From Vectrevirus LI10P3: DNA of 44,534 nt. The stretch is from the sequence record OZ035807.1. One strand, 5' to 3'. Below, piece after piece: positions 17,229 to 26,361 of the stretch (position 1 is its first letter; each line of letters starts with the position of its first letter). The notes under the pieces were generated by a model. The model was given only the letters and a program-made list of their open reading frames with translations. It did no database searches and was not told the DNA's origin. The position numbers were made by a program, and so were the translations under genes.

Positions 17229-17912
17229 ATGTATAAATTAGTATTGAATGTAGGTGATTATGTTCGTAACATCAATGAAGCCTCACGTCGTTATCGTTGC
17301 CGTGGTGTAGTGGCTCGTGTAAGTGAGAACATGTATCATGTAGAATATGATGATGGTATTAAGGCTTCTTATCACAAGAAAACCGCACATAAATATCTTG
17401 AAAAGGTTGTAGAGGTAAACAATCAATGTAAGTGCATACATGATGAGGTTTGCGATAAATGTGCTCGCCAGATGCTTAAGAATTTCCTAGCCCCTCTTTA
17501 TTATGGTGCTGGTCCTCAAACACTAGCAGAGTACATGGCAGAAAAGAAAACCACACTCAAGAAAGAGCGTCGCAATGTAATCACTGGTAAGACTCAAAGT
17601 GAGATGATTAAGCAATGTGGCACTGCATTAGGTGTTACACAGTTCAATACTCGTGCATTGGGTAAATCCACAGGGCAAGCTATGGTGAAAATTGGTGAAG
17701 CTATGATGCAACCAAATGTACCTGTGCGAATCGTGGATATTGACCATGCAATCACAGAGCATGGTACACCACGCCGTGTAGCTAACAATCATTTTGCCGA
17801 CACTATAGAAGACATTATTCGTAAGCAAGGGTTGAAGGGTCTTCACATCTTAAATGGTGAAGAATTACTGTACCTACCTATCGTTACTGAAGAAACCTAC
17901 GTGAATATCTAA
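17229..17912 (+). CDS. hypothetical protein
   Basis: 227 aa from ATG 17229 with GGAGA RBS; Cys cluster CKCIHDEVCDKC; contains an internal phage promoter. Confidence 0.6.
   Translation: MYKLVLNVGDYVRNINEASRRYRCRGVVARVSENMYHVEYDDGIKASYHKKTAHKYLEKVVEVNNQCKCIHDEVCDKCARQMLKNFLAPLYYGAGPQTLAEYMAEKKTTLKKERRNVITGKTQSEMIKQCGTALGVTQFNTRALGKSTGQAMVKIGEAMMQPNVPVRIVDIDHAITEHGTPRRVANNHFADTIEDIIRKQGLKGLHILNGEELLYLPIVTEETYVNI
17791..17813 (+). promoter_or_regulatory. phage RNAP promoter (internal to CDS)
   Basis: ATTTTGCCGACACTATAGAAGAC. Confidence 0.45.
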
Positions 17913-17922
17913 GGAGTTAATC

Positions 17923-18141
17923 ATGACTAAAGTATTAATTTATATGCGTGGACCTCATAAATGCTATGCAGTTGTAGCACCAAATGGTGTTAAGCCCTAT
18001 AGTACTTCAAAAGGATTGGCATTAATAGGTGCTAGTAGTAGTGCAAGTTTCCAAATGGAACTTTTTGGTCATTGGACTGAATGGCAATTCCGTGAGGATT
18101 TTAAAGTCATTGGCAGCTTCATGGTGAAACATGCAGAATAA
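17923..18141 (+). CDS. hypothetical protein
   Basis: 72 aa, strong RBS TAAGGAG. Confidence 0.6.
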   Translation: MTKVLIYMRGPHKCYAVVAPNGVKPYSTSKGLALIGASSSASFQMELFGHWTEWQFREDFKVIGSFMVKHAE

Positions 18142-18307
18142 ACATAGTCTTAAAATGTTCGATGGTCATGAAGACCTGCAAGCCAAGATTACTAACCAAG
18201 CCTTCCTGTTCGCACAGTTAACTATGGCTGAAGCAAAGAAGAATAGCCTGACGCGTGAACAGGTTATCAAGGAAAGTGAAGTGAAACGTAAGATTCGCAG
18301 TCGATAA
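18131..18307 (+). CDS. hypothetical small protein
   Basis: 58-aa ORF overlapping upstream stop; no clear RBS. Confidence 0.25.
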   Translation: MQNKHSLKMFDGHEDLQAKITNQAFLFAQLTMAEAKKNSLTREQVIKESEVKRKIRSR

Positions 18308-18364
18308 GTCAAGGGTTGTCTCACACGTGAGACAGCCTTTCATCATATTGATTGGAGGTGCATT

Positions 18365-18472
18365 ATGCCACGTGATTATGATTCTGATTGGGATTTCCAA
18401 GATTCAATGAATCCAAAACCAGAACGTTCAGATGATTACTACGAAACAGAGGCAATGTATGAAGACTATTAA
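18365..18472 (+). CDS. hypothetical small acidic protein
   Basis: 35-aa ORF MPRDYDSDWDFQDS... with GGAGGTG RBS. Confidence 0.35.
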   Translation: MPRDYDSDWDFQDSMNPKPERSDDYYETEAMYEDY

Positions 18473-18677
18473 ATTAAGCAAGGTTTGCTCTTGCGGTAAA
18501 GGTTATCGCAGTCGTATTGATGGTAAGTGTGGGCATTGCAGGTCTAAGAAAGAGGCTGCTTTGTTTGATAAGTACCACAATGAATTAGCATATAACTATC
18601 CTCATCTAACACCTAATTCTTTATTAGGACTTGGTTATAGGGTTAAATACTTTGGAGCAATCTATGAAATCAATTGA
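18459..18677 (+). CDS. hypothetical zinc-ribbon protein
   Basis: 72 aa with CSCGKGYRSRIDGKCGHC motif; overlaps DNA polymerase start. Confidence 0.4.
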   Translation: MKTIKLSKVCSCGKGYRSRIDGKCGHCRSKKEAALFDKYHNELAYNYPHLTPNSLLGLGYRVKYFGAIYEIN

Positions 18678-21210
18678 TTGGAAGAAGGAGGCAGAAGGTC
18701 GTATCCTCGTGATGGATGCGGAAGCTAAAGGACTCCTTGACGCTATCCGATATGGACACCGTGAAGATGTGCATATCATTTGCTGCATGGATTTGCTTAC
18801 TACCGAGGAGTTTCTCTTCTTTGACCCGTATGAGATGCGTGACCCTGAAGCAAGAGAACGCCTGAAGGAATGGGAAGGTCATCAAGACGGAACCTTGGTT
18901 GATGGTGTTAACTTCCTGAAGCATTGTGAAGCTATTGTGTCACAGAACTTCCTAGGGTATGACGGACTTCTCTTTGAGAAAGCATTCCCTGATATTTGGA
19001 AAGGCTTTAACTATACCGAGAAGCGCGGTAAGGGCAGACTCCGTGCTGACCTGTGTCCGGTGCGAGTCATGGATACGCTGGTGATGAGTCGCCTGTTAAA
19101 CCCTGATAGACGCCTTCCTCCGCAAGCATATGCCAAAGGTATGGGTAACGTCGCCCCTCACTCAATTGAGGCGCACGGCATCCGTATAGGCCGCTATAAA
19201 CCGGAGAACGAGGACTGGTCTAAACTAACTGACCACATGGTTCACCGTGTACGTGAGGACGTGGCGATTGGTCGTGACTTGTTCCTCTGGCTCTTTAACG
19301 GGGAATGGATGGAGCACAAACGCCGTGGCGTGAATAAACGCACTGGCCTAGGTATTGAGACAGCCTTCCACATGGAGTCCATTGTGGCGCTGGAGATGAG
19401 CCGTCAGGCAGAGCGTGGATTCCGTCTGGATATTGACAAAGCACTAGCGCGATGCGAAGAACTGGACGCTAAGATTGATGAGACAGTCGCAGCGTTCCGC
19501 CCTCACATGCCTATGCGTATCAAGTCTAAACCTTTTAAACCGGAAGAAAAGAATGAAGTATGCCAACGCGCAAATGAGTATGGAGCTAGCAACAATATAC
19601 CTACTGTCCTTGACCCCTCACACTTTCTTCATGCCGAGAGACGAGGAGATCGCAAGACAGTATGGAGTGTCACTACTAAGTCTGGTGATTGGTCGGCTAG
19701 TGTCAAGAAAGACTTTCCTCACCTTAGAGGAAACCGTAATGACACGCCAAGCATCAAGTGGATTGGCGCTTACTCGCCTGTTACTTTCGAAGAGATTCCC
19801 TTGGGTAACAGGGATACAGTTAAGCAAGTGCTCTATGAGTATGGATGGAAAGGTGTTGAATTTAACGATACCGAGCAAGCTCATCTCGATGAGCACGGAG
19901 TGTTACCAAAACCTTGGAGTGGTAAGATAAATGAAAAGTCCCTCACTTTATGGCAAGAAAGAGCCGCACGTGAAGGTAAAACAGTCCCTGATTGGTGCTT
20001 GGGTATCGCTGCATGGTACATACTCGTATCCCGTCGTGGTCAGATACTCAACCGTGGTGACGTTGAAGCCTTCAACGAGAAGGGAACGTGGCCCTCGCAG
20101 GCTGGTGTACGAAAGTGTCGCGGCCTTGTACCTGTAGCATTCAACAAGGAGCTAGGAATCAATGCGCAGCAATACTACGAGAGGTACGGATGTTGGCCTA
20201 CGTCTGACAAAGATGACGGAGAGTGGCGTGTTCCAGCTGTTGCTATTAGTATTGGCACTTCTACGTTCCGTATGCGTCATCGTAACGTGGTTAATATTCC
20301 TGCCCGTGGCTTGTATCCTTTACGTGATTTATTCATAGCAGGGAAAGGCAAGCTAATCCTTGGTTGTGACGGTGCAGGTCTTGAACTGCGTGTCCTGTCT
20401 CACTTCATGAATGACCCTGAGTACCAAGAGATTGTACTGCACGGTGATATTCATACGCATAACCAGATGAAGGCTGGTCTTCCTAAGCGTGATATGGCGA
20501 AGACGTTTATATACGCCTTCCTCTATGGTTCTGGTATAGCCAACCTTGCAGCAGTCTGCGGTGTTACTGAGGAAGAAATGAAGGAAGTTGTGGCAAGATT
20601 CGAGATTGAACTACCGTCTCTTGCACGTCTTCGTGAGAATGTTATCGCACAAGGTAACAAGTTTGGCTACCTGCAAGCACCTGATGGGCATTGGGGTCGC
20701 ATCCGCATGTCTGGTGGTGAACTTAAAGAGCACACGATGCTTAACGTATTACTCCAGATGACTGGCTCTTTGTGTATGAAATATGCATTAGTCAAGGCAT
20801 TTGCAGTAATGCGCAAGGAAGGTGTAGCTTTGGATGCTATGGGAAATCCTTGTGGTGTGGCTAACGTGCATGATGAAATCCAGATGGAAGTTCCTGAAGA
20901 GGAGGTCTTGTATCTTAACTACGACCTACCTTTCACCTTAGATGGGTTCGAAACAGAGAAGGCTGCTGTGAAAGCAGTTTTCGATGCAGAGGAGAAACGT
21001 GTTCATGTGGATTCTGAAGGACGTATGTGGTCTGCTGCAAACCTCGTTAGCGTTGATGCTGATGCTGGTGTATTGCATTGCCAGCGCCGTTATCACCGTG
21101 CAGGTCATATCATTGCCGACGCCATGACTTGGGCAGGGCAGTATCTGAAGATGCGTTGCCCGATGGCAGGAGAATATAAGATTGGCGCAAGCTGGAAGGA
21201 AACACACTGA
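18664..21210 (+). CDS. DNA polymerase, family A (T7 gp5 / SP6-type)
   Basis: 848 aa from ATG 18664 (GGAGCAA RBS); exo motif VMDAEAKGL; pol motifs DGAGLELR, KTFIYAFLYGSG, VHDE. Confidence 0.9.
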   Translation: MKSIDWKKEAEGRILVMDAEAKGLLDAIRYGHREDVHIICCMDLLTTEEFLFFDPYEMRDPEARERLKEWEGHQDGTLVDGVNFLKHCEAIVSQNFLGYDGLLFEKAFPDIWKGFNYTEKRGKGRLRADLCPVRVMDTLVMSRLLNPDRRLPPQAYAKGMGNVAPHSIEAHGIRIGRYKPENEDWSKLTDHMVHRVREDVAIGRDLFLWLFNGEWMEHKRRGVNKRTGLGIETAFHMESIVALEMSRQAERGFRLDIDKALARCEELDAKIDETVAAFRPHMPMRIKSKPFKPEEKNEVCQRANEYGASNNIPTVLDPSHFLHAERRGDRKTVWSVTTKSGDWSASVKKDFPHLRGNRNDTPSIKWIGAYSPVTFEEIPLGNRDTVKQVLYEYGWKGVEFNDTEQAHLDEHGVLPKPWSGKINEKSLTLWQERAAREGKTVPDWCLGIAAWYILVSRRGQILNRGDVEAFNEKGTWPSQAGVRKCRGLVPVAFNKELGINAQQYYERYGCWPTSDKDDGEWRVPAVAISIGTSTFRMRHRNVVNIPARGLYPLRDLFIAGKGKLILGCDGAGLELRVLSHFMNDPEYQEIVLHGDIHTHNQMKAGLPKRDMAKTFIYAFLYGSGIANLAAVCGVTEEEMKEVVARFEIELPSLARLRENVIAQGNKFGYLQAPDGHWGRIRMSGGELKEHTMLNVLLQMTGSLCMKYALVKAFAVMRKEGVALDAMGNPCGVANVHDEIQMEVPEEEVLYLNYDLPFTLDGFETEKAAVKAVFDAEEKRVHVDSEGRMWSAANLVSVDADAGVLHCQRRYHRAGHIIADAMTWAGQYLKMRCPMAGEYKIGASWKETH

Positions 21211-21326
21211 TGGATAGGCTTGACATTATTTGCCTATTCTTCACTCTCTTTCTTACACTCCTTATGCTTGCTTGTTATGGGAGTCTGAGACTAGATATAC
21301 CTGATGAAGAAGAGGGTTACGACTAA
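21210..21326 (+). CDS. small hydrophobic peptide
   Basis: 38-aa ORF MDRLDIICLFFTLFLTLLMLACYG...; ATG overlaps DNA polymerase stop. Confidence 0.3.
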   Translation: MDRLDIICLFFTLFLTLLMLACYGSLRLDIPDEEEGYD

Positions 21327-21424
21327 TGCAAACTGCTTTTATTATTCTTGGTATCATATTATTTATGGTAGTACTCTGGGCCTTCTCTGGCATTGACCCG
21401 GATTGTGATGGTAACTACGACTGA
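21326..21424 (+). CDS. small hydrophobic peptide
   Basis: 32-aa ORF MQTAFIILGIILFMVVLWAF...; ATG overlaps previous stop (TAATG). Confidence 0.3.
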   Translation: MQTAFIILGIILFMVVLWAFSGIDPDCDGNYD

Positions 21425-21492
21425 GTTATACTCAAGGTCACTTACGAGTGGCCTTTATGGATAACTTATCCCTACTTATTTTGTCTAACATG

Positions 21493-21518
21493 ATTTACTG
21501 GACACTATAGAAGGAAAG
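21493..21518 (+). promoter_or_regulatory. phage RNAP promoter
   Basis: ATTTACTGGACACTATAGAAGGAAAG. Confidence 0.7.
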
Positions 21519-21579
21519 CCTAGACAATCTAGGTTTATAAGGTAGTATAGGTAATTAAGTAAATATAGGAGATATAAAC

Positions 21580-21957
21580 ATGTCTATGGTAACTACTCTG
21601 GTATTTGTAGCTCAATACTTTCGTGGTCTGGCTAATAAGTTCAAGTCCAAGGCTATCAAAGCTATTGAGTCTCGCATCGAGGCAGTACAGGCAGAGCAAG
21701 TTAAAGTTGAAGAACATCGTAGTTCTAAAATGATTGACTGCCATAACCGCTACTATGCATCTCGTGATGACCTTAATGCACGCCAAGTCAAAGAGGTTGA
21801 AGAGATGCTGGCACGTCACCAGCAAGAGCGCGACAGTCTGAAAGCTGAATTTGAAGAGAACAAGGCATCCATCGCCCTTGTACATCAAGCCGCATCTGAC
21901 AGCCTGAAGAAAGAGATTGTTATGCTTGAAATTGAGTTAGACAACCTGACCAAATAA
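21580..21957 (+). CDS. hypothetical coiled-coil protein
   Basis: 125 aa, RBS ATAGGAGA; heptad-like K/E-rich sequence. Confidence 0.55.
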   Translation: MSMVTTLVFVAQYFRGLANKFKSKAIKAIESRIEAVQAEQVKVEEHRSSKMIDCHNRYYASRDDLNARQVKEVEEMLARHQQERDSLKAEFEENKASIALVHQAASDSLKKEIVMLEIELDNLTK

Positions 21958-21979
21958 TTACTGGACACTATAGAACAAT
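21956..21979 (+). promoter_or_regulatory. phage RNAP promoter
   Basis: AATTACTGGACACTATAGAACAAT. Confidence 0.6.
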
Positions 21980-22119
21980 AGGTCGGCTTAGTTCGGCCTA
22001 TGATTGTAAAGTGTTGAACCTTATTGTGCATCTTGCACAACCCGATGCTATATCGGGCTTTCTAGTGAGTACATGCTTGTGCTCAGTACAAAGCTAACTG
22101 ACAATAGGAGACTAAATAA

Positions 22120-22926
22120 ATGGCACGTGGTGATTTTGATTTTGGTGCTCAGGTTACTAAGGCTGAAGGTAAAGTATTTAAGAACCCTGAAGTTGGTGAT
22201 CATGAAGCAGTAATCTCTGGCATCATTCATGTTGGTTCCTTCCAAGATATCTTTAAGAAAGGTAATACCACTGAAGTTAAGAAGCCAGCAAACTTTGTTC
22301 TTGTTAAGATTGTCCTGATGGGCGACGATGATAAGAACGAAGATGACTCTCGCATGGAACAATGGATGGCTGTGCCTCTGAAGTCTGGTGATAAGGCAAC
22401 ACTAACTAAGTTCCTGAATGCAGTTGACCCTAAAGAGTTGCTGGGTGGCTTCGATGATTTTATCGGTGAATGTCTGACTGCAACTATGGTTGGCTCTGGC
22501 GACAAGAATGATGATGGTACTTTCAAGTATGTTAACTGGAAAGGCTTTGGCGGTATGCCTGATAAGTTGAAGAAGCTTGTACTGGCTCAGGTAGAAGAGG
22601 AAGGTCTGTCTATGACAGGTCATATCACCTTCGACAAGCTGACCAAAGAAATCCTTGATGACATCCCAGCTAACTTGGTGCGTCAATACTTCCTTAATGA
22701 AACACCTCGTGGTAAGAACCTGTCTGTTGCTGGTTCTCACGTAGAAGCAATCATTAAAGCTGCTCGTGAAGAAGACCCAGAGTGGAAGAAAGCCAAGAAG
22801 AAAGATGACGAGGATGCTACTCCAGCTAATCGTAAATCTCTGGATACTGGTGAGTCTGTTCCACAGGAAGTACCTGAAGCAGAAGATACTCCTGCACCGG
22901 AGATGGATGAGGACGCGGAATATTAA
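22120..22926 (+). CDS. hypothetical protein with acidic C-terminal tail; possible ssDNA-binding protein
   Basis: 268 aa, codon usage of a highly expressed gene, C-terminus ...PEMDEDAEY; SSB call is by analogy to T7 gp2.5 only, no sequence match verified. Confidence 0.4.
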   Translation: MARGDFDFGAQVTKAEGKVFKNPEVGDHEAVISGIIHVGSFQDIFKKGNTTEVKKPANFVLVKIVLMGDDDKNEDDSRMEQWMAVPLKSGDKATLTKFLNAVDPKELLGGFDDFIGECLTATMVGSGDKNDDGTFKYVNWKGFGGMPDKLKKLVLAQVEEEGLSMTGHITFDKLTKEILDDIPANLVRQYFLNETPRGKNLSVAGSHVEAIIKAAREEDPEWKKAKKKDDEDATPANRKSLDTGESVPQEVPEAEDTPAPEMDEDAEY

Positions 22927-22935
22927 GGAGAAAGG

Positions 22936-23154
22936 ATGAAAGTACAAATCGTAACCCTGCACTGCAAGAAAGGTATCACAACGCTCGGAGGTAGCACTTT
23001 CCACTCTTTCTCCGAAGGGGAGATTTATGCTGACCTGCACTACATCTGGCGCGACGGACAGCACGTGGTGAACTACAGCGACCCAGCTACGGGGAAACGC
23101 CACGGCGTATCGCTTCCTGCGCATGACATTGCTCAGGTGAACACAGTTTTATAA
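22936..23154 (+). CDS. hypothetical protein
   Basis: 72 aa, RBS TAAGGAGAAAGG. Confidence 0.55.
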   Translation: MKVQIVTLHCKKGITTLGGSTFHSFSEGEIYADLHYIWRDGQHVVNYSDPATGKRHGVSLPAHDIAQVNTVL

Positions 23155-23186
23155 AGTCTCACATGTGAGACAAATCGGTGTCCGGT

Positions 23187-23210
23187 ATTTACTGGACACT
23201 ATAGAAGAGA
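23187..23210 (+). promoter_or_regulatory. phage RNAP promoter
   Basis: TATTTACTGGACACTATAGAAGAG, preceded by the GTCTCACATGTGAGAC palindrome. Confidence 0.7.
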
Positions 23211-23258
23211 AGAATTTTAATCGGCGATAATGCCACAACTAACAAAGGAGAATTTAAT

Positions 23259-23636
23259 ATGTTCAAGATTGAAACTATCGTAAACCGTGTTGTTAAAGGT
23301 GCTGCTCTGGTATCCGTTGAGTCTTTCATTATCGTCGATGAAGCTGATCAACTGGTAGCTGGTACTAAGGCTTATGATACTCGTGAAGAAGCTCAGGCTA
23401 AGATTGACAGCATGGGTAACTTCGCTGCGGGTCTGGAGTTCGCTCGTGCTTGCTTCCCTGAGCAGGCTGACAAAGCTCAGATTGGTAAGGCTAATATCGT
23501 AGCTGAATATCTGGATTGGATTGCTGCCGGTAAGCCGGTGAAAGAAGTTAAGTCTGCTGAAGAAGCTGAAGCTCAGGCAGTAGAAGAAGTAGCTGCACCG
23601 GTAGGTGCTCCGGTAAGCGAAGAAGAAGAGTTTTAA
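23259..23636 (+). CDS. highly acidic hypothetical protein (abundantly expressed)
   Basis: 125 aa, about 24 acidic vs 12 basic residues, C-terminus SEEEEF; strong RBS AAAGGAG; codon usage strongly biased to cgt/ctg/ggt/gct; own promoter and terminator. Confidence 0.7.
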   Translation: MFKIETIVNRVVKGAALVSVESFIIVDEADQLVAGTKAYDTREEAQAKIDSMGNFAAGLEFARACFPEQADKAQIGKANIVAEYLDWIAAGKPVKEVKSAEEAEAQAVEEVAAPVGAPVSEEEEF

Positions 23637-23641
23637 TTGAT

Positions 23642-23676
23642 GCCCTGTCTGCCTTAGTGTAGGCAGGGTCTTTTGC
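23642..23676 (+). terminator. terminator hairpin after acidic protein gene
   Basis: GCCCTGTCTGCC...TAGGCAGGG stem followed by TCTTTTG; near-identical in sequence to the hairpin after the capsid gene. Confidence 0.5.
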
Positions 23677-23700
23677 GTAATAGTTATTGGAGAATGAATT

Positions 23701-24006
23701 ATGCCGACTATTAAATCTCGTTTAGTAGCAGACTATGTGTATGGTCGTGACTTAAAGTTAATGCAAGATTACTTTAAAGTAATCATCCTGCTGGATGGAG
23801 AAGTGTTTCACACTAAAACATTCACCCTTCCTGAATTGTTTGATTTAGGTTATTGGGGTTATACATATCAGGCCATAGCAGACAAGGTGCTACTCAGTGT
23901 ATTAGAGGAGTGGCCTACATGCGACCAAACTTCGACTTCGGAGCTACAGTATCGGAAGACAATAACCTGTTGCTGTGGCCAACTGAAGGTAATAGAATCG
24001 CTTTAA
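23701..24006 (+). CDS. hypothetical protein
   Basis: 101 aa; 3' end overlaps the exonuclease gene by about 88 nt in another frame. Confidence 0.45.
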   Translation: MPTIKSRLVADYVYGRDLKLMQDYFKVIILLDGEVFHTKTFTLPELFDLGYWGYTYQAIADKVLLSVLEEWPTCDQTSTSELQYRKTITCCCGQLKVIESL

Positions 24007-24947
24007 TAGATGCTGACATGTTACCCTACATCGTAGGTTATACAATCAGTGACATGACTTATGTACGAGCCACAACTCGTGTTAAGTCAGGACAAGTCCC
24101 ATCAATCAAAGATACACCTGAGTGTAAGCAAGCGTGTGACCGTGTGAACTCCTTGCTCAACTCTTGGGTGTATGCAGCAGAGTGTGATGCAGCTAAGTTA
24201 TTCATGACGAAATCAGAAGCTAACTTCCGTGTTCGCCTAGCCTTCACCAAGCCTTATAAGGGTCAACGTAAGACCGAGAAGCCTCCGTTCTTCTATGAAT
24301 TGCGAGAGCATCTCTTAGAGGTTCATGGTGCAATCTTGGCAGATGGAGAAGAGGCTGATGACCTCATGAGCATTGCACAATGGGACAGCCACCGCCGCTT
24401 CCAGCAAGATACAGGTAACGAGTTCCCTATCGGTAGTCCAGAGCATAAAGCATTCTCTGATACTTGCATCGTTTCCTTAGATAAGGATTTGATGATTGTT
24501 CCCGGTTGGCATCTTCAGCCGGGTCAAGAGAAGAAATGGGTAGAGCCTATGGGTTGGCTTGAGCTACGCCGTAAGGCTAATGGTCAGGTTAAAGACCTTA
24601 AAGGTGCTGGCCTCATGTTTCATTATGCACAGATGATTATCGGTGATGATATTGATAACTATGCTGGCATACCTGGACGTGGTGCTAAATACGCCTATGA
24701 TCTTCTCAAAGATTGTAAGACAGAGAAAGAGTTGTACATGGCAGTGCTTGGTGCTTACAAGGCTAAGTTCGGACATGGACAAGTTAAGATTAAGAATTAC
24801 CGAGGTGGTTATCGTATCGGCAAGGCTTTTGACCTGATGCTCGAATGTGGTCGCCTAGCCCACATGGCAAGATTCAAAGGTGATATATGGCGAGCCGATA
24901 AGAACCCAATCTTGTGGGGAGATGATGCGAAATGGTTAGCAAATTAA
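23919..24947 (+). CDS. 5'-3' exonuclease (T7 gp6-like, FEN/PIN fold)
   Basis: ATG 23919 with GAGGAG RBS; acidic clusters LIDADMLPY, DGEEADDLM, VSLDKDLM typical of FEN-type nucleases; position after DNA polymerase. Confidence 0.75.
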   Translation: MRPNFDFGATVSEDNNLLLWPTEGNRIALIDADMLPYIVGYTISDMTYVRATTRVKSGQVPSIKDTPECKQACDRVNSLLNSWVYAAECDAAKLFMTKSEANFRVRLAFTKPYKGQRKTEKPPFFYELREHLLEVHGAILADGEEADDLMSIAQWDSHRRFQQDTGNEFPIGSPEHKAFSDTCIVSLDKDLMIVPGWHLQPGQEKKWVEPMGWLELRRKANGQVKDLKGAGLMFHYAQMIIGDDIDNYAGIPGRGAKYAYDLLKDCKTEKELYMAVLGAYKAKFGHGQVKIKNYRGGYRIGKAFDLMLECGRLAHMARFKGDIWRADKNPILWGDDAKWLAN

Positions 24948-25342
24948 AATCATCGGAGGTAGCAGCTTATAAGAGGGAATTGCTAGAGAAGCAAGGGTGG
25001 AAGTGCCCACTATGTGGCGGCAGTCTCAAGGCTGTTACTCCTATAAACCGTGTACTTGACCATGACCATGAGACAGGATTCTGCCGTGCTGTTGTATGCC
25101 GAGGCTGCAATGGTGCAGAAGGAAAGATTAAGGGTGTTATCTCTGGTTACGGTAAGGCTGGTAACAACCGTTACTTCCAGCTTCAATGGTTAGAGCGACT
25201 ATATGAATACTGGAAGTTACATAGTACGCCTCAGACAGATAAGTTATATCACAAACATCAAACGGAGGCAGAGAAGCGCGAGGCTAAGAACCGTAAGGCA
25301 CGCCTTGCTTATGCAAGAAAGAAGGAGGTTAAAGTTGGGTAA
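24932..25342 (+). CDS. endonuclease VII-type Holliday junction resolvase
   Basis: 136 aa; CPLCGG ... DHDHETGFCRAVVCRGCNGAEGK zinc/His-Me finger signature of T4 endo VII family. Confidence 0.75.
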   Translation: MVSKLKSSEVAAYKRELLEKQGWKCPLCGGSLKAVTPINRVLDHDHETGFCRAVVCRGCNGAEGKIKGVISGYGKAGNNRYFQLQWLERLYEYWKLHSTPQTDKLYHKHQTEAEKREAKNRKARLAYARKKEVKVG

Positions 25343-26342
25343 GCTTCGCAGCTTGTACAAAGACTCCGAGGTACTTGATGCAATCGAGCAAGCTACCGAC
25401 GAGAAAGGTAATGTTAATTATAATGAGATGGCACGTGTATTATCGTGTCACCCTGTGGGTAAGAAGATTACCCGCCAGTTGGCTCGATACTGGCATGGTC
25501 AATTCAAGAAGACCAAGAAGAATGGTGATTATTACCAGACCCTTCTGCAAGAAGATAAGCGTATCAAAGAAGAGCGTAAGCTCAGGACTCCTGACCGCTA
25601 CGAGGATTTGGCTATTGTACCATTGCCTGACTCGCCTCATCGAAGTGTACTGGTAATCCCTGATACTCATGCACCTTATGAGCATCCAGATACCTTAGAG
25701 TTCCTTGCAGCAGTCGCGGCACGTTACCGTCCAGATACAGTGGTTCACTTAGGAGATGAGGCAGATAAACACGCCCTCTCCTTCCATGACTCTGACCCTA
25801 ATCTGGATAGTGCTGGCATGGAGCTAGAGAAGGCTCGTGTCTTCATGCACAAGTTGCACAAGATGTTCCCTGTGATGCGCCTGTGTCATTCTAATCACGG
25901 CTCTATGCACTTCCGTAAGGCAAGCGCCAAGGGTATTCCAGTACAATATCTTCGCACCTACCGTGAAGTCTTTTTCCCAAATGGAGGTGGCGACCAGTGG
26001 GATTGGCAGCATACACATGTTCTTGAGTTGCCGAATGGTGAACAAGTGGCATTCAAGCATCAACCTGCTGGCTCTGTCCTAGCAGATGCAGCGCATGAGC
26101 GTATGAACCTTGTGTGTGGTCACTTGCACGGTAAGATGTCTGTGGAGTACGCACGTAATACACATGAACAGTATTGGGCTGTGCAAGGTGGCTGCTTAAT
26201 TGATGAGTCATCCCGTGCATTTGCCTATGGTCGTGAGTCTAAATACAAGCCAGCATTAGGTTGTGTGGTCATTCTGGAGGGTGTGCCTCACATTGTCCCG
26301 ATGCAAACCAATAGCGACAACCGTTGGATTGGCAAGATTTAG
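25335..26342 (+). CDS. calcineurin-like metallophosphoesterase
   Basis: TTG start preceded by GAAGGAGG RBS; motifs IPDTHAPYEHPD, HLGDEADKH, HSNHGSMHF match the metallophosphatase signature. Confidence 0.65.
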   Translation: MGKLRSLYKDSEVLDAIEQATDEKGNVNYNEMARVLSCHPVGKKITRQLARYWHGQFKKTKKNGDYYQTLLQEDKRIKEERKLRTPDRYEDLAIVPLPDSPHRSVLVIPDTHAPYEHPDTLEFLAAVAARYRPDTVVHLGDEADKHALSFHDSDPNLDSAGMELEKARVFMHKLHKMFPVMRLCHSNHGSMHFRKASAKGIPVQYLRTYREVFFPNGGGDQWDWQHTHVLELPNGEQVAFKHQPAGSVLADAAHERMNLVCGHLHGKMSVEYARNTHEQYWAVQGGCLIDESSRAFAYGRESKYKPALGCVVILEGVPHIVPMQTNSDNRWIGKI

Positions 26343-26361
26343 TTGACACTATAGAACAAAG
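26340..26361 (+). promoter_or_regulatory. phage RNAP promoter
   Basis: TAGTTGACACTATAGAACAAAG. Confidence 0.5.

Noticed and set aside
19475-20137. Plus-strand alternative-frame ORFs 19475..19930 and 19931..20137 inside the DNA polymerase gene
   Set aside because: Embedded in the polymerase reading frame region with no start signals; polymerase motifs are in the other frame.
21437-21460. Hairpin AGGTCACT-TACG-AGTGGCCT upstream of promoter at 21493
   Set aside because: Stem contains a wobble pair and is not followed by a U-tract; could be a processing site but evidence is too thin to call.
22227-23124. Minus-strand ORFs 22227..22526 and 22402..23124 (240 aa)
   Set aside because: Antisense to the highly expressed 22120..22926 gene and the 22936 ORF; no promoter in reverse orientation.
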